From the NCBI GenBank assembly GCA_963663965.2, contig CAXXFK010000031.1, positions 128,001 through 192,000 of the forward strand: a DNA stretch of 64,000 nt, in the 5' to 3' direction. The notes beneath the pieces are model-generated. The model was not told the DNA's origin, did no database searches, and saw nothing but the letters and a program-made list of their open reading frames with translations. Below are positions 1 through 12,499 of the stretch, piece by piece. The number at the start of each line of letters is the position of its first letter. The stretch's first letter is position 1. Source of the stretch: Sedimentisphaerales bacterium (lineage in GTDB: Bacteria; Planctomycetota; Phycisphaerae; Sedimentisphaerales; SM23-30). Both the position numbers and the translations under genes were made by a program.

Positions 1-1688
1 CATGGAAGATACAGAGCCAACCTTTTGAAACTGCGCTGGCCGTCTACGCGGGCTGGAAACCTCTTTACCACCCATACGCCGGTTGCCGCCGGCTTTGACC
101 GTTTCGCTCCAGCCCTTATCGAGCAATACCTTGGTTGGTATGCTCAAAACAGGCTTGGTGTATCCAATCCATGATTTGCTCGCTCTTGGACAGGCAAAAC
201 TCGGTAACGACTCGTCAGAGCCATTTCAATATGGCTTATCTGGCCATGCGAGGCAGCGGCGCAGTCAATGGCGTGAGCCAATTGCATGGGAAAGTGAGCC
301 GACGCTTGTTTCAATCTCTTTACCCCCGCTGGCCGGCAGGACGAAGTGCCCGTCGGGTCCGTTACCAACGGCGTTCATATGTCAACCTGGGATTCGGCGG
401 AGGCGGATGAGCTCTGGACCGAGGCGTGCGGCAAAGAGACCGATGGCTGGGAACAACGGAAACCCTGGAGCAGGATATTCAAGCGCATTTCCGATTCGAG
501 GCTCTGGCGATTTCGCACCGATGCTTGTAAGTCTCTCGTTGCCTACGCCCGTAAAAGATTAGCGCGGCAACTGGAGGAGTCTTCTTCGCTGCCAGAAGCG
601 GTCGAGGCTGCGAAGAATCTATTTGACTCCAACACCTTGACGCTGGGTTTTGCGCGGCGTTTCGCGACTTATAAAAGACCGAATCTATTACTGCACGACC
701 CCCAGAGGCTGCTTCGCCTGTTGAGCAATCCCCAGCGGCCGGTGCAACTGATAATCGCGGGTAAGGCCCATCCTGCGGACCAGGCGGGGCAAGACCTGAT
801 TCAGGAATGGATACGTTTTATCCGACGGCCCGAGGTACGCCGGCATGCGGTATTCCTTAGCGACTATGACATGCATGTTACCGAACACCTCGTACAAGGG
901 GTGGACGTCTGGATTAACACACCACGGCGTCCGTGGGAGGCCAGTGGAACCAGCGGCATGAAAGTGCTTGTCAATGGAGGCATTAATCTGTCGGAGTTGG
1001 ATGGCTGGTGGGCTGAAGCATACACGCCGGAAGTTGGGTGGGCGCTGGGAGACGGTCAGGAACACGGTGATGACCCAGACGTGGGATGCGGTCGAAGCAC
1101 ACGGAGCTTTATGAGATACTGGAACATGCAGATAATTCCTGAGTTTTATACCCGCGACGAAAAAGGTGTTCCTGTAGCCTGGGTAAAACGCGTATAAGGG
1201 AAAGCATGGCGAAGCTGACGCCGCGTTTTTCTGCCAACCGCACGGTGCGTGAATACACCGAGCTGCATTATCTTCCTGCCGCAGCGTGACATATCACAAA
1301 CGCGCCGCTGATAAAGGCGCGATGGGCAAACAAACTGGTAAATTGGCAGGCATACTCTCGAACAAAAATGGGCTGCGATACGTTTCGGCGAAACAAAGGT
1401 TGAGACCGACGGGCAGCAGCACCTATCATTGAAGTTGAGGTTTATCTCAACGACATTGCCCCGAATGCGGTTCGAGTGGAGCTTTATGCGGATGGAGTCA
1501 ATGGGGCTGGCGCGATACGGCAGGAGATGAAGCGAGGCCAACAACTGACAGACGCAGACAGAAGTTATATCTACAGCGCAACGGTCTCAGCCGCCCGGCC
1601 TGCAACAGACTATACCGCCAGGGTGATACCAAACTACGATAGTGTCGCGGTTCCCCTGGAAACGGCTCAAATATTGTGGCAGCGTTAA
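1..1688 (+). CDS. glgP: Alpha-glucan (glycogen/maltodextrin) phosphorylase, GT35; 5' end outside the window; several frameshifts
   Basis: Consecutive ORF pieces carry phosphorylase motifs: [38 protein letters not shown] (PLP lysine), LDGWWAE, and C-terminal DYTARVIP...ILWQR ending at 1688. The frame breaks several times. Confidence 0.92.
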
Positions 1689-1706
1689 TCGACGAAAGAA
1701 AAGACG

Positions 1707-2333
1707 ATGAGAAAAAATACTGGAATTAAAAGTTTGTTTGTGGATATTGGGGGGGTCTTACTCACCGATGGATGGGGGCATGTGTTCCGCAAACTGGCGG
1801 CCCAGACATTTGATCTGGACCTCAATGAGTTAAACGACAGACATGATATGTTTTTAGATATATATGAGTTAGGCAAGCTTACCATTGAGGAATACATGAA
1901 CCGGGTGGTGTTCTACGAGAAGCGGTCATTTACTCCGGACCAGTTCCAAAAATTCATGTTCGACCAGTCAAAGCCATATCCCAAAATGATCGAGTTGGTC
2001 CGCCGGCTTAAGGCACGCTATGATTTGAAGATTGTCGTGGTCAGCAACGAAGCCCGGGAAATGAATTTGTATCGGATAAGAAAGTTCAAGCTTGATGGGT
2101 TCGTGGATTCTTTCATTTCCTCCTGCTTCGTTCACATGCGAAAGCCTGACGCGGTCATCTTTCGGCTTGCGCTCGATATCTCTCAGGTTTCAGCTAATCA
2201 GGTAGTCTATATTGAGAACCTCATGATGTTTGTCCAAATCGCAGAAGGTTTAGGAATTCGAGGCATTTGTCATACCGACTATGAGTCCACCTGTGCAAAA
2301 CTGGCTTCGTTTGGATTGGAGGTTGCAGAGTGA
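1707..2333 (+). CDS. HAD-superfamily phosphatase
   Basis: Motif I LFVDIGGVLL, SNE, RKPD...IF; 208-aa ORF overlapping the next gene. Confidence 0.88.
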   Translation: MRKNTGIKSLFVDIGGVLLTDGWGHVFRKLAAQTFDLDLNELNDRHDMFLDIYELGKLTIEEYMNRVVFYEKRSFTPDQFQKFMFDQSKPYPKMIELVRRLKARYDLKIVVVSNEAREMNLYRIRKFKLDGFVDSFISSCFVHMRKPDAVIFRLALDISQVSANQVVYIENLMMFVQIAEGLGIRGICHTDYESTCAKLASFGLEVAE

Positions 2334-3616
2334 AAAACCCGTCATCCGCAAAACCAACCCACTCCGGCCTGCTGACGATCAATGGCGGCTCATCGAGCAT
2401 CAAATATGCCTTGTATCACACAAGTGAACCAATTAAACGGATTTTTCATGGAAGCATCGAGCGCATCGGTTTGCCGGATATGAAATTAACTTTCACCGAT
2501 TCAGCGGGGAACCGACAAGATGGTATTCTTGAATCGTCCGATACCAGGTCGCCGGCCAACATCTTGATCGATTGGCTTGAAAAACAGCTTGATTTTTCTT
2601 TAATCCACGGTGTCGGACATCGCATCGTATTCGGCATGAAACATACAGAACCCGAACGCGTCACACCGGAATTGCTGAATGAACTGCACCGCATCAGTCT
2701 ATACGACACGGATCATCTGCCTGCTGAGATTGAATTGATTGAAGTATTACTTCAACATTATCCCAAACTGCCTCAGGTGGCCTGTTTTGACACAGCGTTT
2801 CACCATACCATGCCGCGTGTCGCCAAATTGCTACCTATCCCTCGCCGCTTCGATGCTGCCGGGATTCAACGATATGGTTTCCACGGATTATCGTACACCT
2901 ATTTAATGGAAGAACTTGCTCGTGTCGCCGGTACAAAAGCAGCCCAGGGCCGCGTGATACTGGCTCACCTTGGTAATGGTGCAAGTCTAGCTGCCGTCCG
3001 CGAAGGTAAAAGTATGGACACCAGTATGGGTTTCACACCGACCTCCGGATTACCCATGAGTACTCGATCGGGCGATTTAGATCCCGGTGTGGCATGGTAC
3101 CTGATGCAAGCGGAGAATCTGACCCCCAAGCAGTTCAATCATCTCATCAATCATGAATGCGGTTTGCTCGGAATTTCTGAAATCAGTTCAGACATGCGTG
3201 ACTTGCTTGACCGTGAACCTCAGGATGTACGGGCGGCCGAGGCGGTCGAACTGTTTTGTTACCAGACAAGAAAATGGATAGGCGCATTTGCAGCGGCGTT
3301 GGGCGGACTCGATACGCTGGTGTTTGCCGGTGGCATCGGTGAGCATGCCCCCACAGTCCGCGCCCGAATTTGCGATGGGCTGGCATTTCTTGGTATCGAA
3401 CTGGACGAACGGCGCAATATGGCAAATGCGGGTATTATTTCCTCCCAGACCGGCCGGGTTGCAGTGCGTGTCATCCCTACCGACGAAGAACAGATGATTG
3501 CACGCACGGTGTGCCGCGAACTCAAACCAGACAAAGAAAGTGAAAAAGGGTTTTCCGGTCATCCGTCCAAGGGGGTATCCCGGCCGGACGAGAACAGCCT
3601 CAAAACACAATATTAA
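2330..3616 (+). CDS. ackA: Acetate/propionate kinase
   Basis: INGGSSSIK, GHRIV, FDTAFH, RYGFHGLSY, HLGNGAS, DTSMGFTP, FAGGIGE, PTDEE. Confidence 0.95.
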   Translation: MKNPSSAKPTHSGLLTINGGSSSIKYALYHTSEPIKRIFHGSIERIGLPDMKLTFTDSAGNRQDGILESSDTRSPANILIDWLEKQLDFSLIHGVGHRIVFGMKHTEPERVTPELLNELHRISLYDTDHLPAEIELIEVLLQHYPKLPQVACFDTAFHHTMPRVAKLLPIPRRFDAAGIQRYGFHGLSYTYLMEELARVAGTKAAQGRVILAHLGNGASLAAVREGKSMDTSMGFTPTSGLPMSTRSGDLDPGVAWYLMQAENLTPKQFNHLINHECGLLGISEISSDMRDLLDREPQDVRAAEAVELFCYQTRKWIGAFAAALGGLDTLVFAGGIGEHAPTVRARICDGLAFLGIELDERRNMANAGIISSQTGRVAVRVIPTDEEQMIARTVCRELKPDKESEKGFSGHPSKGVSRPDENSLKTQY

Positions 3617-3636
3617 CTAACAAAAGGACCGCTGTG

Positions 3637-4407
3637 ATGTTATACAAAGCGAAAACGCTGCAAGGTTACAAAATGGACAGTCTCGACGGCGAACTCGGAA
3701 AAATTAAAGAATTCTACTTCGACGACCGGCACTGGGCGATTCGCTATTTGGTCGCCGATACTGGCAAATGGTTGCCAGGCAGACAGGTGTTGATTTCCCC
3801 GTGTGCCTTGATCGGAGTGAATCGAAACGATCGTCTTATCGTCATCGATTTGACTAAAAAGCAGATTGAGGAGAGTCCCTCCCTGCTCAGCGACCTGCCG
3901 GTCTCGCAACAATTCGAGGAGGCCTTCTATCAGTATTATGGCTGGCCGATGTATTGCGGCGGACCCTATATGTGGGGGGATTATTCCTATCCGATGCGCG
4001 AGCGTGCGAACTGGCATAAACCCACACCAAACGAAAAAGCGTGGGATCCCCATTTGCGCAGCACGCACGATGTGAGAGGACATTATATCCAGGCGGCGGA
4101 CGGCGAGATTGGTCATATCGAAGATTTTATCGTCGATGACGAGACCTGGGCGATTCGTTATCTGATCGTCGACACCCGGAACTGGTGGGCAGGAAAGAAA
4201 GTACTGATTTCACCCCATTGGATCGAGCGCGTAAGCTGGAGTGAGTCGAAAGTCTTCGTAACGGTGCTGCGCGAGACCATCAAGCAGTCGCCGACATACA
4301 CAGAAGACTCTCTGCTGGACCGCGATTATGAAGATAAACTTTATCAGCATTATAAGCAGCAAGGCTACTGGGTCGATGAACCGGATGTCATGGGGCATAC
4401 CCAGTGA
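3637..4407 (+). CDS. Tandem PRC-barrel domain protein
   Basis: Two repeats of DGE(L/I)GxIxxFxxDDxxWAIRYLxxDTxxWxxGxxVLISP. Confidence 0.88.
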   Translation: MLYKAKTLQGYKMDSLDGELGKIKEFYFDDRHWAIRYLVADTGKWLPGRQVLISPCALIGVNRNDRLIVIDLTKKQIEESPSLLSDLPVSQQFEEAFYQYYGWPMYCGGPYMWGDYSYPMRERANWHKPTPNEKAWDPHLRSTHDVRGHYIQAADGEIGHIEDFIVDDETWAIRYLIVDTRNWWAGKKVLISPHWIERVSWSESKVFVTVLRETIKQSPTYTEDSLLDRDYEDKLYQHYKQQGYWVDEPDVMGHTQ

Positions 4408-4729
4408 ATCATGTGCGAGAATAGGGCTGGCTGTGCGGATTGCCCGCCCCCACCCTCATGCCCCTGTTTGCTTCCGGCATTACAGGTTTATGGTGTATTT
4501 GGAATTACCGTGAAAATAAAAAAAGCCCTTTTAGATTTGAAAAGAACGGGCCTGGCGGATGAAAATAGAATTGGTTCGACACAATATTGCGAAAACCACC
4601 GCCACCAGAAAAGTATACGCATTGCGTATGATTATTCCCGGATCTCCCGTATATAACCGTCTTCCATATAACCAGTTATGTCATTTCACGGTAAAACGGG
4701 AAATCTCAACTAAGAAGAGTATAAAACTC

Positions 4730-6411
4730 ATGAAACTGTCTATTAATCCAAAACATCTGAAACGCTACAAGGACATCACCCTGCTTTTGATCAAGCATGG
4801 GCGATCGGATGTTGTGAAACAGGCCGGGTTGCAAGAGGTGCTGAGGTTGGATGCACCGGCGGAGACGGTAAACGGCGAGGTTAAGGCGGATGAACTGGCG
4901 CGCGATCTGGAGAAAATGGGGCCAACCTATATCAAGCTCGGTCAACTTCTGTCCACCCGCGCCGATTTCCTTCCTCCGGCCTATATTCAGGCACTCACAC
5001 GATTACAGGACCAGATCGATCCCTTTCCGTTCGAAGAGGTGCAAGCCATAGTTGCTGACGAGTTGGGAGTACGGATATCAAAGGCCTTTTCCAAGTTTGA
5101 ACCCAAGCCGCTGGCGACGGCGTCGCTGGGCCAGGTCCATCGTGCGACCATGCATGACGGCCGGGTCGTGGTGGTGAAGGTGCAGCGGCCGGGAATCCGG
5201 GAAGTTATCGCGGATGACATGGAGGTGCTGGCGGAGATTGCCTGGTTTTGGGATAAGCACACGCAGTGGGGCAAGCGGTACGAGTTCGGCAAGATGCTCG
5301 ACGAATTTCGCCGGAGTTTGTGGCGCGAGTTGGATTATCGGCAGGAAGCGCGCAATCTCAGCGCCTTGGGTGCCAATCTGCTGGAATTTTCAGCAATCGT
5401 CGTCCCGGCTCCGATTGAGGATTTTACCACTTCACGCGTGTTGACCATGGACTACATTCAAGGTAAAAAATTCACGGAACTCAGCCCTTTGGCCCGTCTC
5501 GATTTCAAGGGGGCGGATCTGGCGGAAGAACTGTTTCACGCTTATCTGAAGCAAATTCTGGTGGATGGTTTTTTTTCACGCCGATCCCCATCCGGGCAAT
5601 GTCTTTCTCACGGATGATCATCGCATTGCCCTGCTTGACCTGGGGATGGTGGGGGCACCTCTCATCCCCGTTACAGGAGAACCTGCTTCAGTTGCTGTTG
5701 GCGGTGAGCGATGGACGCGGTGATGAAGCTGCAACCATTGCGATTAAAATCGGGGATCGAAAAATAGATTTTATAGAGAATCCATTCAGGCAGCGCGTGG
5801 CGGGGTTGGTTAGTGAGTATCAGGAATTTAAAATGGACCAGATTCAAGTGGGGCGCGTCGTACTGGAAATTACGAAAATATCGGGAGATAGCGGATTGCG
5901 GGTGCCTGCGGAGTTGACCCTGTTGGGCAAGACGCTGCTGAATCTGAATATGGTTGGTCAAACCCTCGACCCGAAATTTGATCCCAACGCTTCGATCCGG
6001 CGCAACGCGGAGAAAATTTTAATGCAGCGAATGTGGAAGGCGCTCTCGCCAACCCACCTGTTCGGCGGCTTATTGGAGATGAAGGATCTGTTGGTGCGAC
6101 TGCCCAGCCGGCTCAACCGGATTCTCGATGCGATAACGCGTAATGAGTTAAAGATAAAAGTGGATGCGATTGAAGAGAATGTCATCATCGAAGGGCTGCA
6201 GAAGGTCGCCAATCGGATCACCCTGGGTTTGATACTGGCCGCGTTGATTGTCGGGGCCGCTTTATTGATGCAGGTGGAGAGTTCGTTTCGCATCTTTGGT
6301 TATCCCGGTTTCGCGATCTTGTGTTTTCTGGGCGTTGGTGTCGGCAGTCTCTTTCTGATTGTTCCCATTCTGATACATGATCGACCAAAGAAAAAGAAAG
6401 ACTCAACTTGA
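4730..6411 (+). CDS. AarF/ABC1/UbiB-family atypical kinase with C-terminal TM helices; frameshifted near 5570-5655
   Basis: [31 protein letters not shown]. The catalytic HADPHPGN appears after correcting the T-run at 5569-5576; the gene continues in ORF 5599..6411. Confidence 0.9.
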
Positions 6412-6550
6412 AGCAGGCCTGGTCTGATGCGCCGCTGAAGACCATCGGCCGGATCAACCGGTTGATGATTATGTGACCAGGCAATGCTCAAACGGCAACC
6501 AAAGTAAATTGCCGAGTAATCAGCCTTGACACTATTAAAGGAATCGACCC

Positions 6551-8923
6551 ATGAATGAAAACGATCTCACCCCGGAATTGCTTCATCGGATGGATGCCTA
6601 CTGGCGGGCGGCCAATTATCTGTCGGTCGGCCAGATTTATCTGTACGACAATCCGTTGCTGCGGGAGCCCTTAAAAAAGTCGCATATAAAGCCCACACTG
6701 CTGGGGCATTGGGGCACGACGCCGGGTCAGAATTTCATTTATGTCCACTTGAACCGGGTCATCAAGAAGTACGATCTGGACATGATTTACATTTCCGGTC
6801 CCGGCCACGGCGGTCCGGCGCTGGTGGGAAATACTTATCTCGAAGGTACTTACAGTGAAGTCTATCCGCACATTACGCAGGATGAGGCTGGACTGAAAAA
6901 GCTGTTTACCCAGTTCTCCTTCCCCGGCGGGATCCCCAGTCATGTCTCACCGGAATGTCCGGGATCGATTCACGAGGGGGGCGAGCTGGGCTATTCCCTC
7001 AGTCATGCCTTCGGGGCGGTGTTCGATAATCCAGACCTGGTGGTGGCCTGTGTGGTGGGCGACGGCGAGGCGGAAACTGGGCCGCTGGCCACGGCGTGGC
7101 ACTCCAATAAATTCCTCAATCCGGTTACTGATGGCGCTGTGCTGCCTATTTTGCATCTGAACGGCTATAAAATCGCCAATCCAACTGTGTTGGCGCGCAT
7201 CCCCCATGAGGAATTGGACCAGTTGTTTCGTGGTTATGGCTGGATACCGTATTATGTGGAGGGGGACGAGCCGGAAACGATGCATCAAACCATGGCTGCT
7301 GTCATGGAAAAGGCGATTGAGGACATCCGGAAGATTCAAAGCAACGCCCGCGCCCATCAGGATGCCAGCCGTCCCCGCTGGCCCATGATCGTGTTGAAGT
7401 CGCCCAAGGGTTGGACCGGCCCGAAAGTGGTTGATGGCTTGCCGGTTGAAGGCACCTTTCGGGCGCACCAAGTGCCGCTCCAAATCGATGCGGATCATCC
7501 CGGACATCTTGAGCAGCTCGAACGCTGGCTGCGAAGTTACCGGCCCGAGGAGCTGTTCGATAAGCAGGGCCGGTTCCGCCCGGAACTGGCCGAGCTGGCG
7601 CCGAAGGGCGGCCGGCGAATGGGCGCCAATCCGCACGCAAACGGTGGTTTGCTGTTACGAGATCTGAAGATGCCCGATTTTCGTGATTATGCGGTCAAGG
7701 TAACGATACCCGGCTCTGTCATGGCGGCTGATACCCATGTCCTCGGCGAATTTCTGCGGGATGTGATTACGCTAAATAAAGAGCAGCGGAATTTCCGCAT
7801 TTTCGGTCCTGATGAGACCTTGTCAAATCGTTTAAATGCTGTTTTCGAGGTGACCAACCGGCAGTGGGAGGCCCAGACCGAAGCAAATGATGAGTTTCTG
7901 GCCGCCGACGGTCGGGTGATGGAGATGCTGAGCGAGCATCAGTGCGAAGGGTGGCTGGAGGGGTATTTGCTAACGGGGCGACATGGGCTGTTCAATAGCT
8001 ACGAGGCTTTTATTCACATTATCGATTCGATGTTCAACCAGCACGCCAAGTGGCTGAAGGTCACGGCTGAGCTGCCGTGGCGAAAGAAGATAGCGTCGCT
8101 CAATTATCTACTGGCTTCCCATGTCTGGCAACAGGCGCACAACGGCTTTACCCATCAGGATCCCGGATTCATCGATCATGTGGTCAACAAGAAGGCGTCG
8201 ATTGTCCGGGTGTACCTGCCTCCGGACGCGAATTGTCTGTTGTCGGTTTGGGACCATTGCCTGCGCAGCCGCCATTATGTCAATGTGACGGTTGCGGGCA
8301 AGTACCGGGCGCCGCAATGGCTGACCATGGATGAGGCGGTCGCGCATTGTACCAAGGGAATTGGCGTTTGGCCGTGGGCCAGTACGGACCGGGGCGGGGA
8401 ACCGGATGTGGTGATGGCCTGCTGCGGCGATGTCCCGACGCTTGAAATCCTGGCCGCGGTTTCCATACTTCGCAAGTATCTGCCTGAACTGAAAATACGA
8501 GTGATTAATGTTGTCGATCTGATGAAACTGCAACCGGATACGGAACATCCGCATGGATTGAGTGATCGTGACTTCGACGCGTTGTTTACTCAAGATAAGC
8601 CGATTATCTTTGCGTTCCACGGCTACCCCTGGCTGGTCCACCGGATGACCTATCGCCGCGCCAACCATAAAAACATGCATGTGCGGGGCTATAAGGAAGA
8701 GGGCACGATCACGACGACCTTCGACATGACGGTTTTAAACGATCTGGACCGGTTTCATCTGGTGCTGGATGTCATTCACCGGTTGCCGCAGTTGGGGGCC
8801 AAAGGGGCCGCGTTAAAGCAGGCAATGGAGGCGAAGCTGATCGAGCACAAGCAGTACATCGACCAGAACGGGCAGGACATGCCGGAAATCCTGAACTGGA
8901 AGTGGAGCAGGAACGAAACTTGA
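6551..8923 (+). CDS. xfp: Phosphoketolase (xylulose-5-P/fructose-6-P)
   Basis: [40 protein letters not shown]; intact 790-aa ORF. Confidence 0.96.
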   Translation: MNENDLTPELLHRMDAYWRAANYLSVGQIYLYDNPLLREPLKKSHIKPTLLGHWGTTPGQNFIYVHLNRVIKKYDLDMIYISGPGHGGPALVGNTYLEGTYSEVYPHITQDEAGLKKLFTQFSFPGGIPSHVSPECPGSIHEGGELGYSLSHAFGAVFDNPDLVVACVVGDGEAETGPLATAWHSNKFLNPVTDGAVLPILHLNGYKIANPTVLARIPHEELDQLFRGYGWIPYYVEGDEPETMHQTMAAVMEKAIEDIRKIQSNARAHQDASRPRWPMIVLKSPKGWTGPKVVDGLPVEGTFRAHQVPLQIDADHPGHLEQLERWLRSYRPEELFDKQGRFRPELAELAPKGGRRMGANPHANGGLLLRDLKMPDFRDYAVKVTIPGSVMAADTHVLGEFLRDVITLNKEQRNFRIFGPDETLSNRLNAVFEVTNRQWEAQTEANDEFLAADGRVMEMLSEHQCEGWLEGYLLTGRHGLFNSYEAFIHIIDSMFNQHAKWLKVTAELPWRKKIASLNYLLASHVWQQAHNGFTHQDPGFIDHVVNKKASIVRVYLPPDANCLLSVWDHCLRSRHYVNVTVAGKYRAPQWLTMDEAVAHCTKGIGVWPWASTDRGGEPDVVMACCGDVPTLEILAAVSILRKYLPELKIRVINVVDLMKLQPDTEHPHGLSDRDFDALFTQDKPIIFAFHGYPWLVHRMTYRRANHKNMHVRGYKEEGTITTTFDMTVLNDLDRFHLVLDVIHRLPQLGAKGAALKQAMEAKLIEHKQYIDQNGQDMPEILNWKWSRNET

Positions 8924-8990
8924 CGAAACTACGCACCAACTGGAAAGGACTGTTGTCATTTATCCTGACGATGATTTTGCAAGAATAACT

Positions 8991-10483
8991 ATGAAGACCC
9001 TACCCCATCCAATGAACCTCGGCGCGGTTGTCTCAGTGCGCGGAAGTGTTGTCGACATCCGGTTCGAGGCCCATTTTGCCGCCCATATACTCGATATTGC
9101 ATGCGAGGGAAGGGACTATTGTCATCGAGGTATTGGCGCAACTCGATGCGCATCGCGTGCGTGGTATCGCACTGACTCCCACCCCAAGGCCTCGCCCGCG
9201 GCATGACGGTGGAAGATACCGGTGGGCCATTGATGGCGCCGGTCGGCAAGGGAATTCTCGCGCGAATGTTCGATGTTTTCGGCCACGCCATCGACCGCCA
9301 GGCGGAACTGACCGATGTCCAATGGCGTACTGTTCATCAGGCACCGCCGGCATTAGCCCGGCGCTCCACCCAATCCGAGGTGTTCGAGACCGGGATCAAA
9401 GTCATTGATGTACTGGTACCGCTCGAACGAGGCGGTAAGGCGGGTCTCTTTGGTGGAGCCGGGGTGGGAAAAAACCGTCTTATTGACCGAAATGATTCAC
9501 AATATGATCGGGCACCAGGAAGGTGTCAGCATATTTTGCGGCATTGGCGAACGGTGTCGCGAAGGCGAAGAGCTTTACCGCGACATGAAGGAGGCGGGCG
9601 TTTTATCGGATATGGTGATGATTTTCGGGCAAATGAACGAGCCGCCGGGCAGCCGTTTTCGCGTGGGCCATGCCGCGCTGACGATGGCCGAGTATTTCCG
9701 GGACGATGAGCATCGCGATGTCCTGCTGCTGATCGACAATATTTTTCGCTTCATCCAGGCTGGTATGGAAGTGTCGGGCCTGATGGGGCAGATGCCATCG
9801 CGGTTGGGCTATCAACCGACCATGGGGACGGAGTTGTCGCGGCTGGAGGAACGCATTGCCAATACCGATGCGGGCGCCATCACCTCCATTCAGGCGGTGT
9901 ATGTCCCGGCGGACGATTTGACCGACCCGGCGGCGGTGCATACCTTTTCGCATCTCTCTGCTTCGATTGTCCTGTCACGCAAGCGGGCGAGCGAAGGACT
10001 TTATCCGGCAGTCGATCTGTTGCAATCCAGTTCCAAAATGGCCACGCCCGGCATTGTCGGCGACCGCCATTATCTTCTGGCACAGGAAATCCGGCGAACG
10101 CTCGCGCAGTATGAAGAACTCAAGGATGTCATTGCCATGCTGGGCTTGGAGCAACTGGCGTCGGAAGATCGCAATGTCGTTGCCCGCGCCCGACGATTGG
10201 AGCGATTCTTTTACCCAGCCTTTTTTTCGCCACCGAGCAGTTTAGCGGCATCAAAGGGAAACTCGTCAGTCTCAAGGATGCGCTCGATGGCTGCGAACGA
10301 ATCTTGCACGATGAATTCAAAGATTACCCGGAAAGCGCGCTCTATATGATCGGGGCGATTGGCGAAGCCGTGAAAAATAAACCGCCCGGCCGACCCAAAA
10401 CCAAGGCTGGTTTGCAGTCTGAGTCCGAAACGAAACCCAAACCGGAGGACGATCATGCAACCATCGATACCCATGACGCTTAA
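8991..10483 (+). CDS. atpD: N-ATPase (alternate F1Fo) subunit beta; about 4 frameshifts
   Basis: [22 protein letters not shown](T), [32 protein letters not shown]. The C-terminal frame (FSGIKG...YMIG) ends with TAA at 10481-10483. Confidence 0.92.
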
Positions 10484-10862
10484 GGTTCTGCTGCCGTTTG
10501 GAATCTATGCCGAGAAAACCGATGTTTTGCGCATCGTTGCCGAAACCCGCCAGGGCTCGTTTGGACTCCTGCCGCACCGGCTTGATTGCGTGGCCGCGAT
10601 TGCTCCTGGAATTCTGATCTACGAAACCAAAACCGAGGGCGAGTTTTATGTGGCCGTCGATGAAGGGGTGTTGGTCAAGACCGGTTTAAATGTACTTGTT
10701 TCCGTACGCAATGCCATTGGCGGAACAGACCTCGGCCAACTACGGGAAGCGGTGGAGCAGGAGTTTATGCTCCTGAACGAACGGGAGCAAAGCGTTAACG
10801 TGGCAGTCGCAAAAATGGAAAGCGGTTTCATCCGCCGCTTAGTGGAGTTTAATCATGAGTGA
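10455..10862 (+). CDS. atpC: N-ATPase subunit epsilon
   Basis: LKVLLP...GSFGLLPHRLDCVAA...AVDEGVLVK; follows atpD. Confidence 0.9.
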   Translation: MQPSIPMTLKVLLPFGIYAEKTDVLRIVAETRQGSFGLLPHRLDCVAAIAPGILIYETKTEGEFYVAVDEGVLVKTGLNVLVSVRNAIGGTDLGQLREAVEQEFMLLNEREQSVNVAVAKMESGFIRRLVEFNHE

Positions 10863-11193
10863 CAAATCCCAAAACAAGCTTTTGAAGACGAAGCCGTCGT
10901 TCAGTCAGGAAGTCGGTGCGAAGGCGGCGCGTAAGCTTAAGGCGCGGCGCCACGCGACGCAGGGCGTCTGGTTTGGCATGGGGATGATGGGGCTGATCGG
11001 CTGGTCGGTGGCGGTTCCGACATTGCTCGGTGCGGCGTTCGGTATTTGGCTGGACAATCGACATTCCGGCAGCCACTCCTGGACGCTCATGTTGCTGGTG
11101 TTCGGCCTGGTAATCGGTTGTTGGAATGCCTGGCATTGGGTATCCAAGGAAGACCAAGAAATGCGAATGGAACAGGAGGATGACGATGAATGA
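10855..11193 (+). CDS. atpQ: N-ATPase AtpQ (AtpZ/AtpI-like membrane protein)
   Basis: GMMGLIGWSVAVPTLLG...GIWLD...GCWNAWHWV; operon position. Confidence 0.85.
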   Translation: MSDKSQNKLLKTKPSFSQEVGAKAARKLKARRHATQGVWFGMGMMGLIGWSVAVPTLLGAAFGIWLDNRHSGSHSWTLMLLVFGLVIGCWNAWHWVSKEDQEMRMEQEDDDE

Positions 11194-11497
11194 AACGGTG
11201 ACATTGTTGTTGGCATTGACGGCGGGCTTTTTGCTCGGGGTACTGTTCTTTGGCGGCCTTTGGTGGACGATTCAGAAAGGGGTTTCGTCTCAACGGCCGG
11301 CGCTGTGGTTTTTCGGCAGCCTACTATTGCGGATGGGCATCACTCTGACGGGATTTTACCTGGTCGCCGACGGTCGTTGGGAGCGGCTAACAGTAAGCCT
11401 CTTGGGATTTATCATGGCCCGTCTGCTCATAATGCGGCTCACTCGGGCGGCGGATAAACCAACTTGCTTGACACAGGAGACCAGCCATGCGACTTAG
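11186..11497 (+). CDS. atpR: N-ATPase AtpR
   Basis: LGVLFFGGLWWT...SLLLR...GFIMAR; AtpR is specific to N-ATPase operons. Confidence 0.85.
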   Translation: MNETVTLLLALTAGFLLGVLFFGGLWWTIQKGVSSQRPALWFFGSLLLRMGITLTGFYLVADGRWERLTVSLLGFIMARLLIMRLTRAADKPTCLTQETSHAT

Positions 11498-12221
11498 TCC
11501 CGACGAAATTGTGTACTGGCAACACGGATTCTTCAAGCTCAACGCCACCATTGTCTTTACCTGGGTACTGATGCTCGTACTGGCCGTCGGCTCAAAAGTC
11601 ATTACGCGCAAGCTCTCCATTGACCTGAAGCGTTCCCGCTGGCAGAATTTACTGGAAATCATCGTCTCCGGCATCGAAAAACAAATTATCGAAGTTGGCT
11701 TAAGTCAACCGCGAAACTATCTTGGTTTCCTGGGCACGCTCTTTCTGTTCGTCGCCGCCGCCAGTCTTGGCACGGTCTTCCCCGGCTACGAACCGCCCAC
11801 CGGGTCGCTCTCGACCACGACGGCGCTTGCGCTGTGTGTGTTGGTGGCCGTGCCATTCTTTGGGATCAAGGATCAGGGGGTGGGCAACTACCTTAACTCC
11901 TATCTGAAGCCAACCATCATCATGCTGCCGTTTAATATTATCAGTGAAATTTCGCGCACACTGGCCCTGGCCGTCCGCTTGTTCGGCAATATGATGAGCG
12001 GGGCGATGATTATCGGCATTTTGCTTACGATTACGCCCTTCCTCTTCCCGATTGTTATGACAGTTCTCGGTCTGCTCACCGGCATGGTGCAGGCCTATAT
12101 CTTCAGTATCCTGGCCGCGGTTTACATCGCGGCCGCCACCCGTGTCCGTAAACCCAGGCATAAACCGGAACGCGCGACTAGAAGCAAAAATATTATCAAC
12201 GAAAGGATCTCTCATGGATAG
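11487..12221 (+). CDS. atpB: N-ATPase Fo subunit a
   Basis: PFNIISEISRTLALAVRLFGNMMSG, QAYIF. Confidence 0.93.
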   Translation: MRLSPDEIVYWQHGFFKLNATIVFTWVLMLVLAVGSKVITRKLSIDLKRSRWQNLLEIIVSGIEKQIIEVGLSQPRNYLGFLGTLFLFVAAASLGTVFPGYEPPTGSLSTTTALALCVLVAVPFFGIKDQGVGNYLNSYLKPTIIMLPFNIISEISRTLALAVRLFGNMMSGAMIIGILLTITPFLFPIVMTVLGLLTGMVQAYIFSILAAVYIAAATRVRKPRHKPERATRSKNIINERISHG

Positions 12222-12495
12222 CATGACACTTATCGCGGTGGCATCCATTGTCACTGCCGGCATTACCACCGCGTTTGGCACCATGGCCCCGGCGTTGGGT
12301 GAGGGCAGGGCGGTCGCAACGGCGTTGAGTTCACTGGCACAGCAGCCTGATGCCTCGGCCACCATCACCCGAACCTTGTTTGTGGGTCTGGCGATGATCG
12401 AGTCCACGGCCATCTATTGTTTCGTGGTCTCGATGATTCTCATCTTCGCCAACCCGTTCTGGAACCATGTCATCGCCCAAGCCACAGGAAAGTAA
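12214..12495 (+). CDS. atpE: N-ATPase Fo subunit c, Na+-binding signature
   Basis: ALGEG (E30), QQP loop, IESTAIY (E63/S64/T65/Y68); RBS gaaagga upstream of ATG 12214. Confidence 0.94.
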   Translation: MDSMTLIAVASIVTAGITTAFGTMAPALGEGRAVATALSSLAQQPDASATITRTLFVGLAMIESTAIYCFVVSMILIFANPFWNHVIAQATGK

Positions 12496-12499
12496 ACCT

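Noticed and set aside
4559..4729. N-terminal extension of the AarF kinase
   Set aside because: Family-like sequence begins at ATG 4730; the upstream part looks intergenic.
8991..10483. Programmed frameshifting or a split atpD
   Set aside because: Several indels, some in homopolymer runs, with the same pattern in unrelated genes; error or decay is simpler.
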